Origin: Octopus sinensis
Lineage: Eukaryota
Assembly (NCBI RefSeq): GCF_006345805.1
Contig: NW_021836436.1
Span: 1-24,135, forward strand
DNA length: 24,135 nt
Direction of reading: 5' to 3'
The stretch's first letter is position 1; every line of letters begins with the position of its first letter. Made by a program: the position numbers and the translations under genes. Shown in pieces: positions 21,357 through 24,135 of this stretch. Below the pieces are notes generated by a model. It did not search any database. It saw nothing but the letters and a program-made list of their open reading frames with translations, and had not been told where the DNA came from.

Positions 21357-21686
21357 GGCGTGGCTGTGTGGTAAGAAGCTTGCTTACCAACCACATGGTT
21401 CCGGGTTCAGTCCCACTACGTGGCACCTTGGGCAAGTGTCTTCTGCTACAGCCTCGAGCTAAGCAATGCTTTGTGAGCTAATTTGATAGACGGAAACTGA
21501 AAGAAGCCCGTTGTATATATTCGTATGTATGTATGTGCGTGTGTGTGTTGTATGTATGTATGTATGTATATGTGTGTGTATGTATTTATGTGTGTGTGTA
21601 TGTATATATGTATGTGTGTGTATGTATGTGTATGTGTGTATGTACGTATGTGTGTGTGTATGTGCGTATGTATGTATATATATGTA

Positions 21687-21717
<31 letters not shown>

Positions 21718-22092
21718 ATTTATGTGTGTATGTATGTATTTATGTGTGTGTGTATGTATATGTATGTATGTATGTGTGTGTATGTGTATGTATCTGTGTG
21801 TGTATGTGTGTCTGTATATGTGTGGAAGTATGTATGTATGTATGTGTGTGTATGTGTGTGTGTGTATGTGTGTATTTGTGTGTCTGTCCCCGCTCCCATT
21901 ACCTCTTGACAACCGTTGTTGGTGTGTTTACGTCCCCGTAACTTAGGGGTTCGGCTGCTAAAGAGGCCGATCGAATAAGTACTCGGCTTACAAAGAACAA
22001 GCCCTGGGGCGGCGGGGGGGGCTCGATCTGTTCGAACAAAAGGCGATGCTCCAGCATGGCCGCAGTCAAACGACTGAAACAGTTAAATTAAA
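21357..22092 (+). mobile_element. SINE family A with central microsatellite expanded to ~380 bp
   Basis: Head at 21357, (TATG/TG)n at ~21510-21890, 3' arm and CAGTCAAACGACTG stem. Confidence 0.88.
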
Positions 22093-22384
22093 AGACTACA
22101 CCGATTTCCAATTCCTTGGGGGGGGGGGGGTAAAATTCTTCACGGCGGTGCCCCAGCATGGCCGCAACGAAAACGCGCGAAAGGAGTAAAAGCGGAAGAG
22201 AACGGCGAGTAGCCATCTTTAATTCGATTCTTGTCTGAGTCCCTCTTACCTTGCCATTCCTGGTTCCTGCCAACCTCCTTTGTTCTGTCACGCATCGGTG
22301 ACTTTCTGCCGCTTCCACCTCGCTTCACTGAATCTCTGCAGCTGCTGCTGCTACTACTACTATAGTTTCTCTCCACGCTCCAGT

Positions 22385-22519
22385 GACTCTCTCTCTCTCT
22401 CTGTATTGCCGTTAGTTTCCCCCTCTCTCTTTACCCCACCTCCCTTTTACTGCCGTGTCCTCTTTCTTCCCTGTTTTTCTTCCAAGCCAAATATCTCCGG
22501 GGTCTCACCGTCTGGTTTC

Positions 22520-22553
<34 letters not shown>

Positions 22554-22668
22554 CTGCCGTTAGTTTCCCCCTCTCTCTTTACACCTCCTCCCTTTTTAAC
22601 GCCGTGTCCCCTTTCTTCCTGTTCTTCTTCAAGTCAAATATCTCGGGGTCTCCCCGTCTGGTTTCTTC

Positions 22669-22703
<35 letters not shown>

Positions 22704-22974
22704 ATATACTGCCGTTTAGTTCCCCCCTCTCTCTTTAAAACACACCTCACTTTTTACTGCCGTGTCCTCTTTCTTCCCTGTTCTTCTTCCAAGTCAAATA
22801 TCTCCGGGGTCTCACTGTCTGGTTTCTTCCTCTCTCTCTCTCTCACTCTCTCTCTGTACTGCCGTTAGTTTCCCCCTCTCTCTTTACCCCTCCTCCCTTT
22901 TACTGCCGTGTCTCTTTCTTCCCTGTTCTTCTTCCAAGTCAAATATCTCCGGGGTCTCCCCGTCTGGTTTCTTC

Positions 22975-23005
<31 letters not shown>

Positions 23006-23124
23006 CTCTACTGCCGTTAGTTTCCCCCTCTCTCTTTAACCCACCTCCCTTTTACTGCCGTGTCCTCTTTCTTCCCTGTTCTTCTTCCAAGTCAAATATC
23101 TCCGGGGTCTCCCCGTCTGGTTTC

Positions 23125-23168
<44 letters not shown>

Positions 23169-23303
23169 GCCGTTAGTTTCCCCCTCTCTCTTTAACCCAC
23201 CTCCCTTTTACTGCCGTGTCCTCTTTCTTCCCTGTTCTTCTTCCAAGCCAAATATCTCCGGGGTCTCACCGTCTGGTTTCTTCCTCTCTCTCTCTCTCTC
23301 TCT
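22385..23303. repeat. Minisatellite: six ~150-bp units, each ending in a variable (CT)n
   Basis: Unit ACTGCCGTTAGTTTCCCC...AAATATCTCCGGGGTCTC...GTCTGGTTTCTTCC(CT)n starts at ~22404, 22553, 22708, 22858, 23010 and 23165. Confidence 0.92.
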
Positions 23304-23371
23304 GGCGTAAACCGGGCAAAACATCTTGATGCACTTTTCACAAGCAGACACACAACGGCCAGCCGTAGCAT

Positions 23372-23490
23372 AGTAGTAGTATTAGTAGTAGTGATGATGG
23401 TGGTGGTGGTGGTAATAGTAGTAGTAGTAGTAGTAGTCGTAGTAGTAGTAGTAGTAGTAGTAGTTGTAGTAGTAGTAGTGGTGGTGATAG
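23372..23490. repeat. (AGT)n/(GGT)n trinucleotide microsatellite
   Basis: Direct reading; gives the poly-Thr stretch in the minus-strand ORF. Confidence 0.95.
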
Positions 23491-23499
23491 CGATTATAT

Positions 23500-23730
23500 C
23501 GTAGACATTTCTTGAAGGAAAGGCGGGGCAGCGCCCTTGTCTGTCACGTGTCTCCAAGGGTGTCAAAGACTGACGCTAGCCAGGAAATTTCCTCGCGATT
23601 TGCAGGGCGGGCGATGTCGGTGGGAGGGGGGGAGATTTCAAGGATTCCAGCGGGATCGGCGTTTAGTGCCAAAGAAGGAATCGGAATTGTTACTCTACTG
23701 ACCTGTGCAATTTGAAAGTCCTACGTCAAT
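23500..23730. promoter_or_regulatory. Candidate CpG-rich promoter/enhancer
   Basis: Non-repetitive and GC/CpG-rich; E-box CACGTG 23545-23550; palindrome AGGAAATTTCCT 23582-23593 (kappaB-like); GC boxes near 23522 and 23606; CRE-like TGACG ~23572 and TACGTCA ~23722. Motif evidence only. Confidence 0.4.
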
Positions 23731-23821
23731 AAAAAAAAATAGTCAATCTTCTTTTGCATTTTTATTCGTACGGCCCTCATATATGCGCGTGTGTGTGTAT
23801 ATACATATATACACAAACAAA

Positions 23822-24135
23822 TCTTTATATATATATAAAGCTGAAGTTGTCTGTGTATGGCAGGTTTGGTAACCTTCAACTAACACTATCTCCCCCGAGA
23901 CCCTGCGGCGCAAGTTGACCAAAAATTGAGAGTATGATAGAAGAAGGCTTGCTCTTCCTTCCGTAGAAGATAAAATTCAAATTGGCCCATGTTAACACCA
24001 AAAATTATTTACATAAAAAAAGGTGCTTTTTTTTTCTATGAAAATCCCTATTTTTTACGATTTTTTTACTGGGTGTTGCCATTTTTTGATGTATTTCAAC
24101 CAGAAAAAGGTTCACTTAAAGAGAATAACAAGCTA
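23822..24135 (+). mobile_element. Probable non-autonomous Helitron 5' part (runs off the window)
   Basis: A|TC start followed by TTTATATATATATAAAGCTGAAGTTGTCTGTGT, the same 5' architecture as the 20179 element; 3' end not visible. Confidence 0.6.

Noticed and set aside
21511-21946. V/C/M/Y-rich ORFs
   Set aside because: (TG/TATG)n tract inside a SINE.
22385-23303. CRISPR-like array
   Set aside because: The spacers are only (CT)n length variants, the context is eukaryotic, and there are no cas genes.

Overview
Repeat-dense, non-coding eukaryotic DNA, almost certainly from an octopus (inferred from the dominant tRNA-derived SINE with an internal (TA)n/(TG)n tract and the accompanying repeat families). 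I find no credible host protein-coding gene. Nearly all ORFs in the track are translations of microsatellites, SINEs or CT-rich tracts; the only protein-like sequence is two decayed RTE-type LINE ORF2 C-terminal fragments (~5533-5817 and ~12474-13241). The best-supported structure is a nest of non-autonomous DNA transposons at 8951-13019. It holds two families with 5'-GG terminal inverted repeats (TIRs) and 8-bp target-site duplications (TSDs), which is Merlin-like. One family carries a telomere-like TTAGGG/G-run cassette, and the other is inserted exactly on the terminus of the first. Part of the nest sits inside an older foldback-like element, next to an interrupted LINE. Also present: two non-autonomous Helitrons, about 15 whole or partial copies of the main SINE (several rearranged into hairpins), a six-unit ~150-bp minisatellite, and a CpG- and motif-rich candidate promoter at ~23500-23730. 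Boundaries marked ~ are read by eye.
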